64,000 bases of DNA, from the NCBI GenBank assembly GCA_963665295.1, contig OY762209.1, positions 3,008,001-3,072,000 of the forward strand, in the 5' to 3' direction. The translations under genes and the position numbers were made by a program. Source of the stretch: Syntrophorhabdaceae bacterium (GTDB taxonomy: Bacteria > Desulfobacterota > Syntrophorhabdia > Syntrophorhabdales > Syntrophorhabdaceae). This document shows, in pieces, positions 1 through 8,597 of the stretch (positions are counted from its first letter, which is position 1; each line of letters starts with the position of its first letter). The notes under the pieces are model-generated. The model ran no database searches. It saw nothing but the letters and a program-made list of their open reading frames with translations, and was not told the origin of the DNA.

Positions 1-143
1 TCCATGGAACCGACTATGGGATGACCGATATTCCTCATGAACACGTCGAGGAGGGTTACGATCATCATAAACGCGAGGACCGATCCTGCTATGATGTGAA
101 ATATCATATCTGTCTTGGCGACAACTGCCACAAAACGGTTCAT
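1..143 (-). CDS. TRAP transporter small permease (DctQ-like), 5' part; runs off the window start
   Basis: Manual translation MNRFVAVVAKTDMIFHIIAGSVLAFMMIVTLLDVFMRNIGHPIVGSM...; hydrophobic with a 'DV.MR..G.P..GS' DctQ pattern; GGAGG RBS; lies downstream of the DctP gene. Confidence 0.75.
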   Translation of the reverse strand, partial: MNRFVAVVAKTDMIFHIIAGSVLAFMMIVTLLDVFMRNIGHPIVGSM

Positions 144-194
144 ATCTTCCTCCATCTATCTTTTTGCCTCGGAATCCCGCAGCAACAATAAAAC

Positions 195-220
195 AATGAG
201 GGGCGTCTCCGCCCCTCATT
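195..220 (-). terminator. Stem-loop after the DctP gene (terminator or mRNA stabiliser)
   Basis: Perfect 11-bp stem AATGAGGGGCG-tctc-CGCCCCTCATT, followed on the minus strand by GTTTTATTGTT. Confidence 0.65.
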
Positions 221-230
221 ACACGGAAGA

Positions 231-1256
231 CTACGGATGAGTCTTGATATAGTCGAGGCAGAACTTGAGTGCCTCGTCGGCGGGCAGTCCTTTTGCCTTT
301 ATCGCTTTCACATATTTTTCCTGTATGGGTTTCATCTTCGCCGCCGTACTCGCCTCCTCTTCCTTGGAAACCTTTACGAACTTCACGCCCTTTTGGATGG
401 CATATTCCTTGGCCTCCTTGTCGAGCTGGTTCCAGAGATGCCCCTGCTTTTCGATCCATTCCTCATTGATCTTCTCGATGGCGGCCTGATCTTCCTTCTT
501 AAGTGCGTTCCACTTGTTCTTGTTCATGATGACATACATGGACGTCATGTAGGAGACCGCATAGTTTTCGAGACTGGTCTTCACGACTTCCGCGAACCTC
601 CAGCCCTTGAGAGATTCGACGGGGAGAAGAATACCCTCCAGGAGTCCCTTCTGAAGGCCGTCATAGGTCTCCGTAATAGGCATTGTGACAGGGGCCCCTC
701 CGAGAGCGGTCACGATGTCCGCATTCTCCGCATTTGCTTTTATCCTGAGACCTTTGACGCCCTCGGTGGACGATATGGGTTTCTTGGTGTGGAAGATGCC
801 GGGTGCGGCCCCGTGAAGGTACATTACTTTCACATCATCAAATTCTTTCGGTTTAAACTTTCTGTAGTACTCGTTTGCGAGTCTTGTCGCCTGGAGGCCG
901 CTCGTGTAGCCGAGGGGCTGCTGGAGGACTTCACTTAAGGGCAGTCTGCCGGGCGCATAGGCGAGAAGGGCCTGTCCGATATCGGCTATACCTTTCACCG
1001 TGCTGTCGTATGTCTGCATGGGAGGAGTAAGGGTGTTGCCCGGAAAATAGGTGATTTTTACCCGTCCATTGGTCCTTTTCTCGACCTCCTTGCACCACTC
1101 TTCCGACAGTTTGCTGATCGGATGCGCAGGGGGGAAGAAATTTGAATATCTGAGTTTTACCGTTTTCTCCTGGGCGTGGAGAGGGAACGATACACAGAGG
1201 AATGCAGCCGATATTATACCTACGACAATCCATGTAAAGCCGAAACCCTTCTTCAT
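231..1256 (-). CDS. TRAP transporter substrate-binding protein (DctP family)
   Basis: Signal peptide, 'EVEKRTNGRVKITYFPG', 'GLRIK', 'ALGGAPVTMPITETYDGLQKG' DctP motifs; start set at the ATG after GGAGG. Confidence 0.9.
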   Translation of the reverse strand: MKKGFGFTWIVVGIISAAFLCVSFPLHAQEKTVKLRYSNFFPPAHPISKLSEEWCKEVEKRTNGRVKITYFPGNTLTPPMQTYDSTVKGIADIGQALLAYAPGRLPLSEVLQQPLGYTSGLQATRLANEYYRKFKPKEFDDVKVMYLHGAAPGIFHTKKPISSTEGVKGLRIKANAENADIVTALGGAPVTMPITETYDGLQKGLLEGILLPVESLKGWRFAEVVKTSLENYAVSYMTSMYVIMNKNKWNALKKEDQAAIEKINEEWIEKQGHLWNQLDKEAKEYAIQKGVKFVKVSKEEEASTAAKMKPIQEKYVKAIKAKGLPADEALKFCLDYIKTHP

Positions 1257-1350
1257 AATCAACCTCCCATTGTATGATTGTGCTTCTTACTGCCTTTTCA
1301 CCTGTCCAAAAGATGCGACATCTTCAATGGTAGCACACACAATTTACGTG

Positions 1351-2859
1351 TCAACCCGCCTTGCCTTCAAGATACCGTCTCTTCAACTCGCGTTTTAATA
1401 CCTTGCCCGCAGGACTCTTCGGGAATTCGGCCACTGCGATATACTCCTTGGGGACCTTGAAGGGCGCAAGCCTGGCCTTGAGAAAAATCTTCAGGTCCTC
1501 GCCCACGATGTCCCGCCCCTGTCTGGGTATGATAAAGGCGATGACACGCTCGCCCCATTCCTTGTCGGGCACACCCACGACTGCGCATTCCTGGACCTCC
1601 GGGTTCGTGTAAAGGGTCTCTTCCACTTCACGGGGATATACATTCTCACCGCCCGTTATGATGAGTTCCTTGACGCGGTCGACGATGTAGAGATAACCGT
1701 TCGGATCGAACCGCCCGATATCGCCGGTGCGAAGCCATTGCCGGCCCCAGAATGCAGCCCTTGTTCCCTCCGGGTTATTGAGATATCCCTTCATGACGAT
1801 GCGTCCGCGGACGCAGATCTCGCCGTCCTCCCCGCGGGCCGACATCTTGCCCGAAAGGTCCCTGATCTGGACTTCGATACCGCTCGGGGGGCAGCCCACA
1901 GAACCCACGACATGCCGCTCCGGATAGTAATGGTTGTAGGTGATGGGCATAGCCTCGGTCTGTCCGTAAGATTCGGATATGGTAATTCCCGTCACTTCCT
2001 TCCATTGTCGTACGATTTCCGCTGCCATGGCTGCTCCTGCCGAGAAACAATAGCGAACGTTTCCCAGTTTTTTCTTCAGATCCTGAACGGCCAGGAGACG
2101 GATGTAGACCGTGGGGACGGAAAAGAACTTGGTTATCCGGCCGCTCGACGTGATGGCGACGATGCGGTCCAGGTCGAAAGAGGGGAGTAATTCAAGACAT
2201 CCCGCGCTGTAAATTGTTGAATTCATGATATGTATCTGTCCGAAAACATGGTTGAAAGGCATGAAGCACAGGCATGTGTCGTTCTCCGTGGACCGTTCGA
2301 AGTAGGCGATGATATGGCTGGAGAAGCCGATACCGTCATGAGTGAGCATCACCCCTTTAGGGACGCCCGTGGTGCCGCCCGTATAGAGGATAGCGGCAGT
2401 ATCTTTTGGCGTCCGCTCGACGGCCTTGAAGACGCCCGAACCCGTCCGGAGGAGATAAGGAAGGTCGAAGTCGCCTTTGGAACAGATTACTCCTTCAATC
2501 CGACCGGGGCCGCGCAGATCCCTGAGGTCGTCAACCCTTGAATCGTCGGTGAGGAGGAAACGCGGCTTTGCATGATTGAGGAGGAGTGCAAGTTCTTCTT
2601 TACTTAGTTGGGAGGAAAGGGTCACGGCTACCGCACCCGCCTTAAGTACCCCATAATAAAATATGATCCAGTCGGTTGAGTTTGGGGCGCAAAGACCCAT
2701 GTGTTCGCCCTGTTTTACCCCTCTCTTGAGGAGGGCCGTGGCGACCCGGTTTGCCCGCTCGTTCAATTCAGCATAATTTATCTCCATACCGGCCTCTCGG
2801 ACGGATGGACGGTCAGGGAAGAAATCTGCTGATCTTTCAAGGATTTGAGCAATATTCAT
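1351..2859 (-). CDS. Acyl-CoA synthetase / AMP-binding enzyme (long-chain-fatty-acid or aromatic acid CoA ligase family)
   Basis: YTGGTTGVPKG AMP-binding loop, YGQTE, TGD and GGENVYPREVE motifs, C-terminal PKSPAGKVLK. Confidence 0.9.
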   Translation of the reverse strand: MNIAQILERSADFFPDRPSVREAGMEINYAELNERANRVATALLKRGVKQGEHMGLCAPNSTDWIIFYYGVLKAGAVAVTLSSQLSKEELALLLNHAKPRFLLTDDSRVDDLRDLRGPGRIEGVICSKGDFDLPYLLRTGSGVFKAVERTPKDTAAILYTGGTTGVPKGVMLTHDGIGFSSHIIAYFERSTENDTCLCFMPFNHVFGQIHIMNSTIYSAGCLELLPSFDLDRIVAITSSGRITKFFSVPTVYIRLLAVQDLKKKLGNVRYCFSAGAAMAAEIVRQWKEVTGITISESYGQTEAMPITYNHYYPERHVVGSVGCPPSGIEVQIRDLSGKMSARGEDGEICVRGRIVMKGYLNNPEGTRAAFWGRQWLRTGDIGRFDPNGYLYIVDRVKELIITGGENVYPREVEETLYTNPEVQECAVVGVPDKEWGERVIAFIIPRQGRDIVGEDLKIFLKARLAPFKVPKEYIAVAEFPKSPAGKVLKRELKRRYLEGKAG

Positions 2860-2914
2860 GAAGTAGCTCCTCAAGAAAGTATTTTTGGTGTCGCGTACCC
2901 AGCAAACTGTCTTA

Positions 2915-2932
2915 TGGTCTAATGTTATACCA
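2915..2932. promoter_or_regulatory. Putative FadR/GntR operator in the divergent promoter
   Basis: Imperfect palindrome TGGTCTAATGTTATACCA (TGGT...ACCA) between the CoA ligase and the FadR-family gene. Confidence 0.5.
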
Positions 2933-3019
2933 GTATTTTATTAGATGTCAAGAAATTTCTTGCCAGCTAAAGCATTGCAAAAAAGTTCTTTTTATACTAA
3001 CTTTATGCAGGAGAAATAA

Positions 3020-3799
3020 ATGACCAGATTCAAGCCCATCCGGCAGTCACGGGTATCAGACAAAGTGGCGGAAGAATTGAAGCGCTCCATTATCGTAGGT
3101 CAGTTTAAGACGGGCGACAAGCTGCCCTCGGAGCGAGAACTCGCCGAGGAATTTCAGGTTAGCCGCGTCGCGGTTCATGAGGCCCTCCGATCTCTCGAAA
3201 TATCAGGATTTATTGTCACGCGCCAGGGACCCGCAGGCGGGGCCTATGCAACCGATCTCACCTTTGAACGCTCGGTGAACGCATTTCAGGACCTTTTTAT
3301 TGCGGAGAAGATTTCCATCGAGGAAGTGCATCAGGTGAGGAGCGTGGTAGAAGCGGAAATAGCACGCCTTGCGGCGCTGAATGTGACCGAGGAATTCGCC
3401 CGGAGGTTAAGCGACTCTCTCGCAATCGAAGAACTGCCGGTGGTAAGTCTGTCGGAGGATATAGCCCGAAAGATGGCCGTCCATTTTATCTTTGCCGAGA
3501 TGTGCGGCAATCGTTTCCTTGAAGCCCTTGAGAGGTCTCTGATGGGCCTTATACGGATCGCGGTGGAGACCATGGATAGCGAGGCGGGAGGGACGTTCGA
3601 CTTTCTGCACCTCCATCCGCAGGGTATGCACCGTCCCATTGTCGAAGCAGTCATTGCGGGAGATTCCGTTGCCTCCGCCTACGCCGCTAAGGAGCATGCA
3701 GTCAAGTACGGCGAGAATCTGAAGCAGGCAGAGAGGGCTTACCGGGAGAGAAAGTTCAAGGCCTCCGGTAGTCCGCTCAAACAAGGCCCTCGGGAATAG
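3020..3799 (+). CDS. FadR/GntR family transcriptional regulator (wHTH + FCD)
   Basis: GDKLPSERELAEEFQVSRVAVHEAL GntR HTH; FCD-like C-terminus. Confidence 0.92.
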   Translation: MTRFKPIRQSRVSDKVAEELKRSIIVGQFKTGDKLPSERELAEEFQVSRVAVHEALRSLEISGFIVTRQGPAGGAYATDLTFERSVNAFQDLFIAEKISIEEVHQVRSVVEAEIARLAALNVTEEFARRLSDSLAIEELPVVSLSEDIARKMAVHFIFAEMCGNRFLEALERSLMGLIRIAVETMDSEAGGTFDFLHLHPQGMHRPIVEAVIAGDSVASAYAAKEHAVKYGENLKQAERAYRERKFKASGSPLKQGPRE

Positions 3800-4023
3800 A
3801 CATCTTTAAGAGGCGAAACTCCGGCGGATTCTCGATATCTATCTCTAATCAACAATCCCACCTTACGGTAAGTTGAAGCACGCGGGGTGCATCCGGGCCG
3901 GCGGGAAACGAAAGCCTGTTCTTTGTCGGCGGCGGCGCCCCTCCCACACACCTTTTCTGGTGAAGAGGATTGAATTGGGGTATACTATCTTACTATATTA
4001 CAGTGTGACATGATGAGGGAACA

Positions 4024-4833
4024 ATGAACCGTAACAAGGACTACTACGAGGTCTTGGGGGTTGGTGAAGACACGCCCGCCGACAAGATTAAAGAGGCGTA
4101 CAGGAAGCTTGCGTTTCAGTACCACCCGGACAAGAACCCTGGAGACGCCGGGGCAGTAGAGAGGATGAAAGAGATAAACGAGGCCTATGCCGTTCTCTCT
4201 GAACCCGAGAAGAGACAGAGTTATGACCGGGTGAGACGGCAATACGGATCTTCCTCTGCCCATGATCAGTTCAGACAGGCTTATTCGGAAGAAGATATCT
4301 TCAGGGGTTCCGATATTAACCAGATTTTTGAGGAGATGGCCCGGTCCTTCGGCGTCAGGGGTTTCGAGGAGATTTTCCGGGGAGTCTATGGCCAGGGTTA
4401 CCGGACATTCGAATTTCACAGGCCCGGTGTTTTTGGGAAATTCATTATCTTCGGAGCGCCCGGCCGGGCACGCCCCCGACCTCAGGCAAGCGTCCCCGGC
4501 CCTCAGGGAGGTATCCTGGGGAAAGTAGCCGGGTACCTGCTCAAGAAGGCCCTGGGCCTCGGCGACCCGGTCCGCGCAGGCAAGGACGTACACAATGTCA
4601 TTGCCCTTGATCCCGATCAGGCATCGCGGGGCGGGAAGATGATGTACAAGGACCCAAGGCGCGGGAAGGAGATTGTCATTACCATGCCCCCCGGTTTACG
4701 GGAAGGGCAGAAGGTAAGGCTGAAAGGGATGGGCGCTCCCGCAAGAAACGGGGGCCCTCCTGGAGACCTTTATCTGAACGTGGTGCTGAAAAAACCCATG
4801 CTGGCGAGGTTCAGAAAGTTTCTCAAGATTTAA
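4024..4833 (+). CDS. DnaJ-domain protein (class II/CbpA-like, no Zn finger)
   Basis: KDYYEVLGV...YHPDKNPG J-domain with HPD; C-terminal 'RLKGMG...GGPPGDLYL'. Confidence 0.88.
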   Translation: MNRNKDYYEVLGVGEDTPADKIKEAYRKLAFQYHPDKNPGDAGAVERMKEINEAYAVLSEPEKRQSYDRVRRQYGSSSAHDQFRQAYSEEDIFRGSDINQIFEEMARSFGVRGFEEIFRGVYGQGYRTFEFHRPGVFGKFIIFGAPGRARPRPQASVPGPQGGILGKVAGYLLKKALGLGDPVRAGKDVHNVIALDPDQASRGGKMMYKDPRRGKEIVITMPPGLREGQKVRLKGMGAPARNGGPPGDLYLNVVLKKPMLARFRKFLKI

Positions 4834-4927
4834 CTGTAACGATTGATATATATTAAGATAAACCATATGTGTGGGAGCGGATTGCTTGTGGTTCCCGGAC
4901 ATACCTTATCCCTATTGGAGGAGGAGC

Positions 4928-5938
4928 ATGAGACCCAGGGTTCTGATGTCGAGCATTGTCCCATCGCCCGCCCACGACCTTGTGGGCCAATATTGCGAGG
5001 TGGAATTATACCAGGGGGATGCGCTATCGACGGGAGAGGAGATTATATCACGTATCGGCGAAAAGGACGGACTTCTCTGCCTCGTGGCTGACAGGATAGG
5101 GAAGGACGTGATGGAAGCGGGCCGGAGCCTTAAGGTGATCAGTACCGCGAGCGTCGGTTTCGAGCATATCGATGTGGCGGAAGCGACGAAAAAGGGCATT
5201 TATGTGGGCTTCACCCCGGGCGTTCTTACAGAAGCCACCGCCGACCTTGCCTTTGCCCTTCTTCTGAGCGCTGCCCGCAGGATTGCCGAAGCGGACAGGT
5301 TCGTCAGGGCCGGGGAATGGAAAACGGCATGGTCGCCCACCGCGTTTCTGGGGGCATCCGTGTGGGGAAGCACCATCGGGATCATAGGGCTCGGACGGAT
5401 AGGCAGGGCCATGGCAAAGAGGGCGAAAGGTTTTGACATGAGGGTCCTCTACACGGACGAGGCACGGCTCTCTCCCGGGGAGGAGAAGGAACTGGGGGTC
5501 GAGTTCGGTTCCCTTGAGGAGGTATTGAGCATGTCCGACTTTGTATCCCTCCACGTGCCGTCTACGGAGAAGACCCGTCACCTGATAAACGGGACGCGGC
5601 TGGGCCTGATGAAAAAGGAAGCCATTCTCGTGAATACGTCAAGGGGGCCCATGGTGGACGAGGCCGCGCTCTTCGAGGCCCTCAGGGAGAAGAGGTTAGG
5701 AGGGGCAGCCCTCGATGTGTTCCAAAAAGAGCCCATCGGCATGGATAACCCTTTGCTCGGCCTCGACAATGTGACTGTAGTGCCCCACATAGGCAGCGCT
5801 ACCCGTGAATCCCGGAGGAGAATGGGAGAGATGGCTGCCATAAACCTCCTGAATGTCCTCAAGGGGATCGCCCCCCGGTATTGGCTTAACCCCGACGCGG
5901 CAAAGGTGAGGCCCCTTGAGGAGGTCCGGGTCATCTGA
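4928..5938 (+). CDS. D-isomer-specific 2-hydroxyacid dehydrogenase (glyoxylate reductase / D-glycerate dehydrogenase type)
   Basis: TPGVLTEATADLAF, GLGRIG Rossmann motif, VNTSRG, LDVF..EP, PHIGSAT; ATG after GAGGAG. Confidence 0.9.
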   Translation: MRPRVLMSSIVPSPAHDLVGQYCEVELYQGDALSTGEEIISRIGEKDGLLCLVADRIGKDVMEAGRSLKVISTASVGFEHIDVAEATKKGIYVGFTPGVLTEATADLAFALLLSAARRIAEADRFVRAGEWKTAWSPTAFLGASVWGSTIGIIGLGRIGRAMAKRAKGFDMRVLYTDEARLSPGEEKELGVEFGSLEEVLSMSDFVSLHVPSTEKTRHLINGTRLGLMKKEAILVNTSRGPMVDEAALFEALREKRLGGAALDVFQKEPIGMDNPLLGLDNVTVVPHIGSATRESRRRMGEMAAINLLNVLKGIAPRYWLNPDAAKVRPLEEVRVI

Positions 5939-6152
5939 TGCCGGATATCCTATCGCGGTGCCTTATATCCATTCGTTGGTTACTATACATTTAAGATAAG
6001 TATATTGATAACTTATGTCACTACTATTCAAAAAGTACTTTAACTCGTAACCACCCCTTGTTTCCGCGAAGGAGGCTGCGCTCCATCCCCGGCGTCCCGA
6101 GAACGGGGTATCTGATAAGGCCGATTTGTCCAGAATGAATGCGGTCTCCGGG

Positions 6153-7166
6153 TCAGCATATCCTCGGGAGAGGGGCCCCGGTGAGCATGTTGAGCCGTCG
6201 CGTGCCGCCGATAACCGTGGTGAGGCAGACATCACCCTTTCCGGGTCGGATACTTCCGATCAGGGCCGCATCGCCCGAGCCCATGTCCTCCTTCAGACAG
6301 TGCACAATGGCGGGGGCCTCCGACGCATCCGCCACGATGAGGAATTTACCCTCATTGGCGAGATAGAGGGGGTCGAGGCCAAGCAGCTCCGTAACACCCC
6401 TCACGCTCTCGTCAACGGGAATGGACGTCTCATCGAGAAGGATATCCACGCCTGAAGCGAGGGCCGTCTCCTTTGCGTTTGTGGCGAGTCCCCCCCTGGT
6501 GAGGTCCCGCATGAACCTGATGCCTTTGAACCGGGCAAGAAGCCGCTCGGTCACGGGGTTGAGAGGGGCGCAGTCGCTTTCCACCTTCACACCGAACTTG
6601 AAGGCTTCCCGTTCGATGAGGATGGTGAGGCCATGGTTGCCGAGGGGACCGTTCACTATTACGAGATCACCCGGCCGGATCGAATGGTAGCCCAGGTCGG
6701 CGCCGGGGAGAATGTAGCCGATCCCTGTTGTGTTGATGAATATTTTGTCGGCCTGACCTTTGCCGACCACCTTTGTGTCGCCCGCGACAATGGAGACGCC
6801 TGCCGACCCGCAGGCCCGGGCCATGGAACCGATAATCCTCTCAAGGTCCGCCATGGGCAGGCCTTCTTCGATGATAAAGGAGGCGGTGAGGAACATGGGC
6901 TTGGCTCCGCTCACTGCGAGGTCGTTGACCGTACCGCAGACCGCGAGTTTCCCTATGTCGCCGCCGGGGAAGAAGATGGGGTCAACCACGAATGAATCGG
7001 TGGTGAGGGCCATTCGTCCCTGTTCCACGGGAAATGTGGCGGCGTCGGTAAGGCCCGACAGTATGGTGTTGTCGAAGGAAGGGAGGAAATGCTTCTCCAG
7101 AAGCCGGTGGGTAAGGAGTCCCCCGTCTCCGTGGGATAAGAGGATTACATCATCGTTCCTGTCCAT
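6153..7166 (-). CDS. hypE: Hydrogenase maturation carbamoyl dehydratase HypE
   Basis: SHGDGG, TTDSFVV.P.FFPGGDIGKLAVCGTVNDLA, GDTKVV, RDLTRGG, ANEGK and the C-terminal LPRIC. Confidence 0.97.
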   Translation of the reverse strand: MDRNDDVILLSHGDGGLLTHRLLEKHFLPSFDNTILSGLTDAATFPVEQGRMALTTDSFVVDPIFFPGGDIGKLAVCGTVNDLAVSGAKPMFLTASFIIEEGLPMADLERIIGSMARACGSAGVSIVAGDTKVVGKGQADKIFINTTGIGYILPGADLGYHSIRPGDLVIVNGPLGNHGLTILIEREAFKFGVKVESDCAPLNPVTERLLARFKGIRFMRDLTRGGLATNAKETALASGVDILLDETSIPVDESVRGVTELLGLDPLYLANEGKFLIVADASEAPAIVHCLKEDMGSGDAALIGSIRPGKGDVCLTTVIGGTRRLNMLTGAPLPRIC

Positions 7167-7227
7167 AGGTATGTCTCCTCGTCACGGGAATTTTGGTCGC
7201 CTGCCTCATTTCTTCTCCTTATTGTTC

Positions 7228-8313
7228 TCATTCGTACTGGTAACAGGCGGCGCATGCCCCTTCGGACGACACCATACATGGGCCCACGGGGTCGAAGGGG
7301 GTGCACAGGGTTCCGAAGAGAGGGCATTCCGAGGGCTTCAACCTGCCCTTCAGCACCTCGCCGCAACCGCAGCCTTCAGGGGGGCACGAGTCGGGCACGT
7401 CTATGACGAACCTTTTCGTTGCATCATAATCCTTGTACCCTTCTTTGAATGTAAGACCGCTTTCCGGGATAACACCGAAACCGCGCCAGGGAACATGGGC
7501 AGGCTCAAGGCATTCGCTCACTATTTCGCGGGCCCTGGGGTTCCCGTCCTCCTTGACGAGGCGCGTATAGGCGTTGACGGTTTGCGTCCGGGAGCGCATG
7601 ATCCGGTCGAGGAGAAGATAGAGCGCTCCCAGCACGTCGGCGGCCTCGAATCCGGCGACAACCGCGGGGAGATTATACTCCGACGAGATAAACTCGAATG
7701 CCTTCCGGCCTATGATGGCAGACACATGGCCCGGCAGAATGAACCCGTCAATCTTGAAGGACCCGTCGTCGAGAAGGGCCCGCAAGGCGGGGGGTACGAC
7801 TTTGTGCACGGAAAGAACGGAGAAATTGTCGAGCTGCCTCTTCTTTGCCTCCACCACGGTTGCCGCAATAGCCGGCGTAGTTGTTTCGAACCCGACCCCG
7901 AGAAAGACAATCTGCTGCGCCGGGTGGTCGTGGGCATAGGCGAGGGCGTCCATGGGCGAATAGAAGACTTCCACTTTGGCGCCTCCGGCCCGTTCCCGTT
8001 CAAGGGAGGAGACCGTTCCCGGCACCCTCACCATATCGCCGAATGTGGCGATTACTACGTCGGGGCGGCACGAAAGGGCGATGACCCGGTCTACGTCGGA
8101 CTGGTCGGTTACGCATACAGGGCATCCCGGACCGCTTCTCAGGTCCACCCAATCCGAAAGCAGGCTCTTGATGCCGTTCTTCGCGATCACGGTGGTATGG
8201 GTCCCGCAAACCTCCATGAGGATGGCGGCCCTTCCTAGTTTTGCCGCCACGTCTCCTGCAAGAGACGTGAGCCTTTCGAAAAGCCGTTTGCCTTCCCCGT
8301 CTTTAATGTTCAT
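7228..8313 (-). CDS. hypD: Hydrogenase maturation protein HypD
   Basis: MEVCGTHT, GPGCPVC, GFETT, PGHVS, GPCMVSSEGACAA motifs. Confidence 0.97.
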   Translation of the reverse strand: MNIKDGEGKRLFERLTSLAGDVAAKLGRAAILMEVCGTHTTVIAKNGIKSLLSDWVDLRSGPGCPVCVTDQSDVDRVIALSCRPDVVIATFGDMVRVPGTVSSLERERAGGAKVEVFYSPMDALAYAHDHPAQQIVFLGVGFETTTPAIAATVVEAKKRQLDNFSVLSVHKVVPPALRALLDDGSFKIDGFILPGHVSAIIGRKAFEFISSEYNLPAVVAGFEAADVLGALYLLLDRIMRSRTQTVNAYTRLVKEDGNPRAREIVSECLEPAHVPWRGFGVIPESGLTFKEGYKDYDATKRFVIDVPDSCPPEGCGCGEVLKGRLKPSECPLFGTLCTPFDPVGPCMVSSEGACAACYQYE

Positions 8314-8337
8314 GAGGTCCCACCTGCCCTTTCCTCT

Positions 8338-8592
8338 TCACTGATGCTCTCTGTCCTTACCGAATTCGTCACCCCGGGCGATCTCCTCGAAGAGCGTGAG
8401 GGTTTCATGGGCTTCGCCCGGGTCCATCTTTCCTATGGCATAGCCTGCGTGGACCATCACATAGTCGCCTGCGGCGATGTCCTGATCGACAAGGCGTATA
8501 TACACCTTATTTCGGACCCCGAAGGTTTCGACAATAGCCCATTGCCGCGACGACTCCACTTCGACAATCTTACCCGGTACGCCTAAACACAT
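8338..8592 (-). CDS. hypC: Hydrogenase maturation chaperone HypC
   Basis: N-terminal MCLGVPG (Cys2) and GDYVMVHAGYAI; start after GGAGG. Confidence 0.95.
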   Translation of the reverse strand: MCLGVPGKIVEVESSRQWAIVETFGVRNKVYIRLVDQDIAAGDYVMVHAGYAIGKMDPGEAHETLTLFEEIARGDEFGKDREHQ

Positions 8593-8597
8593 CTGTT

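Noticed and set aside
6760..8238. 492-aa plus-strand ORF
   Set aside because: Antisense shadow of hypD/hypE with no recognisable motifs
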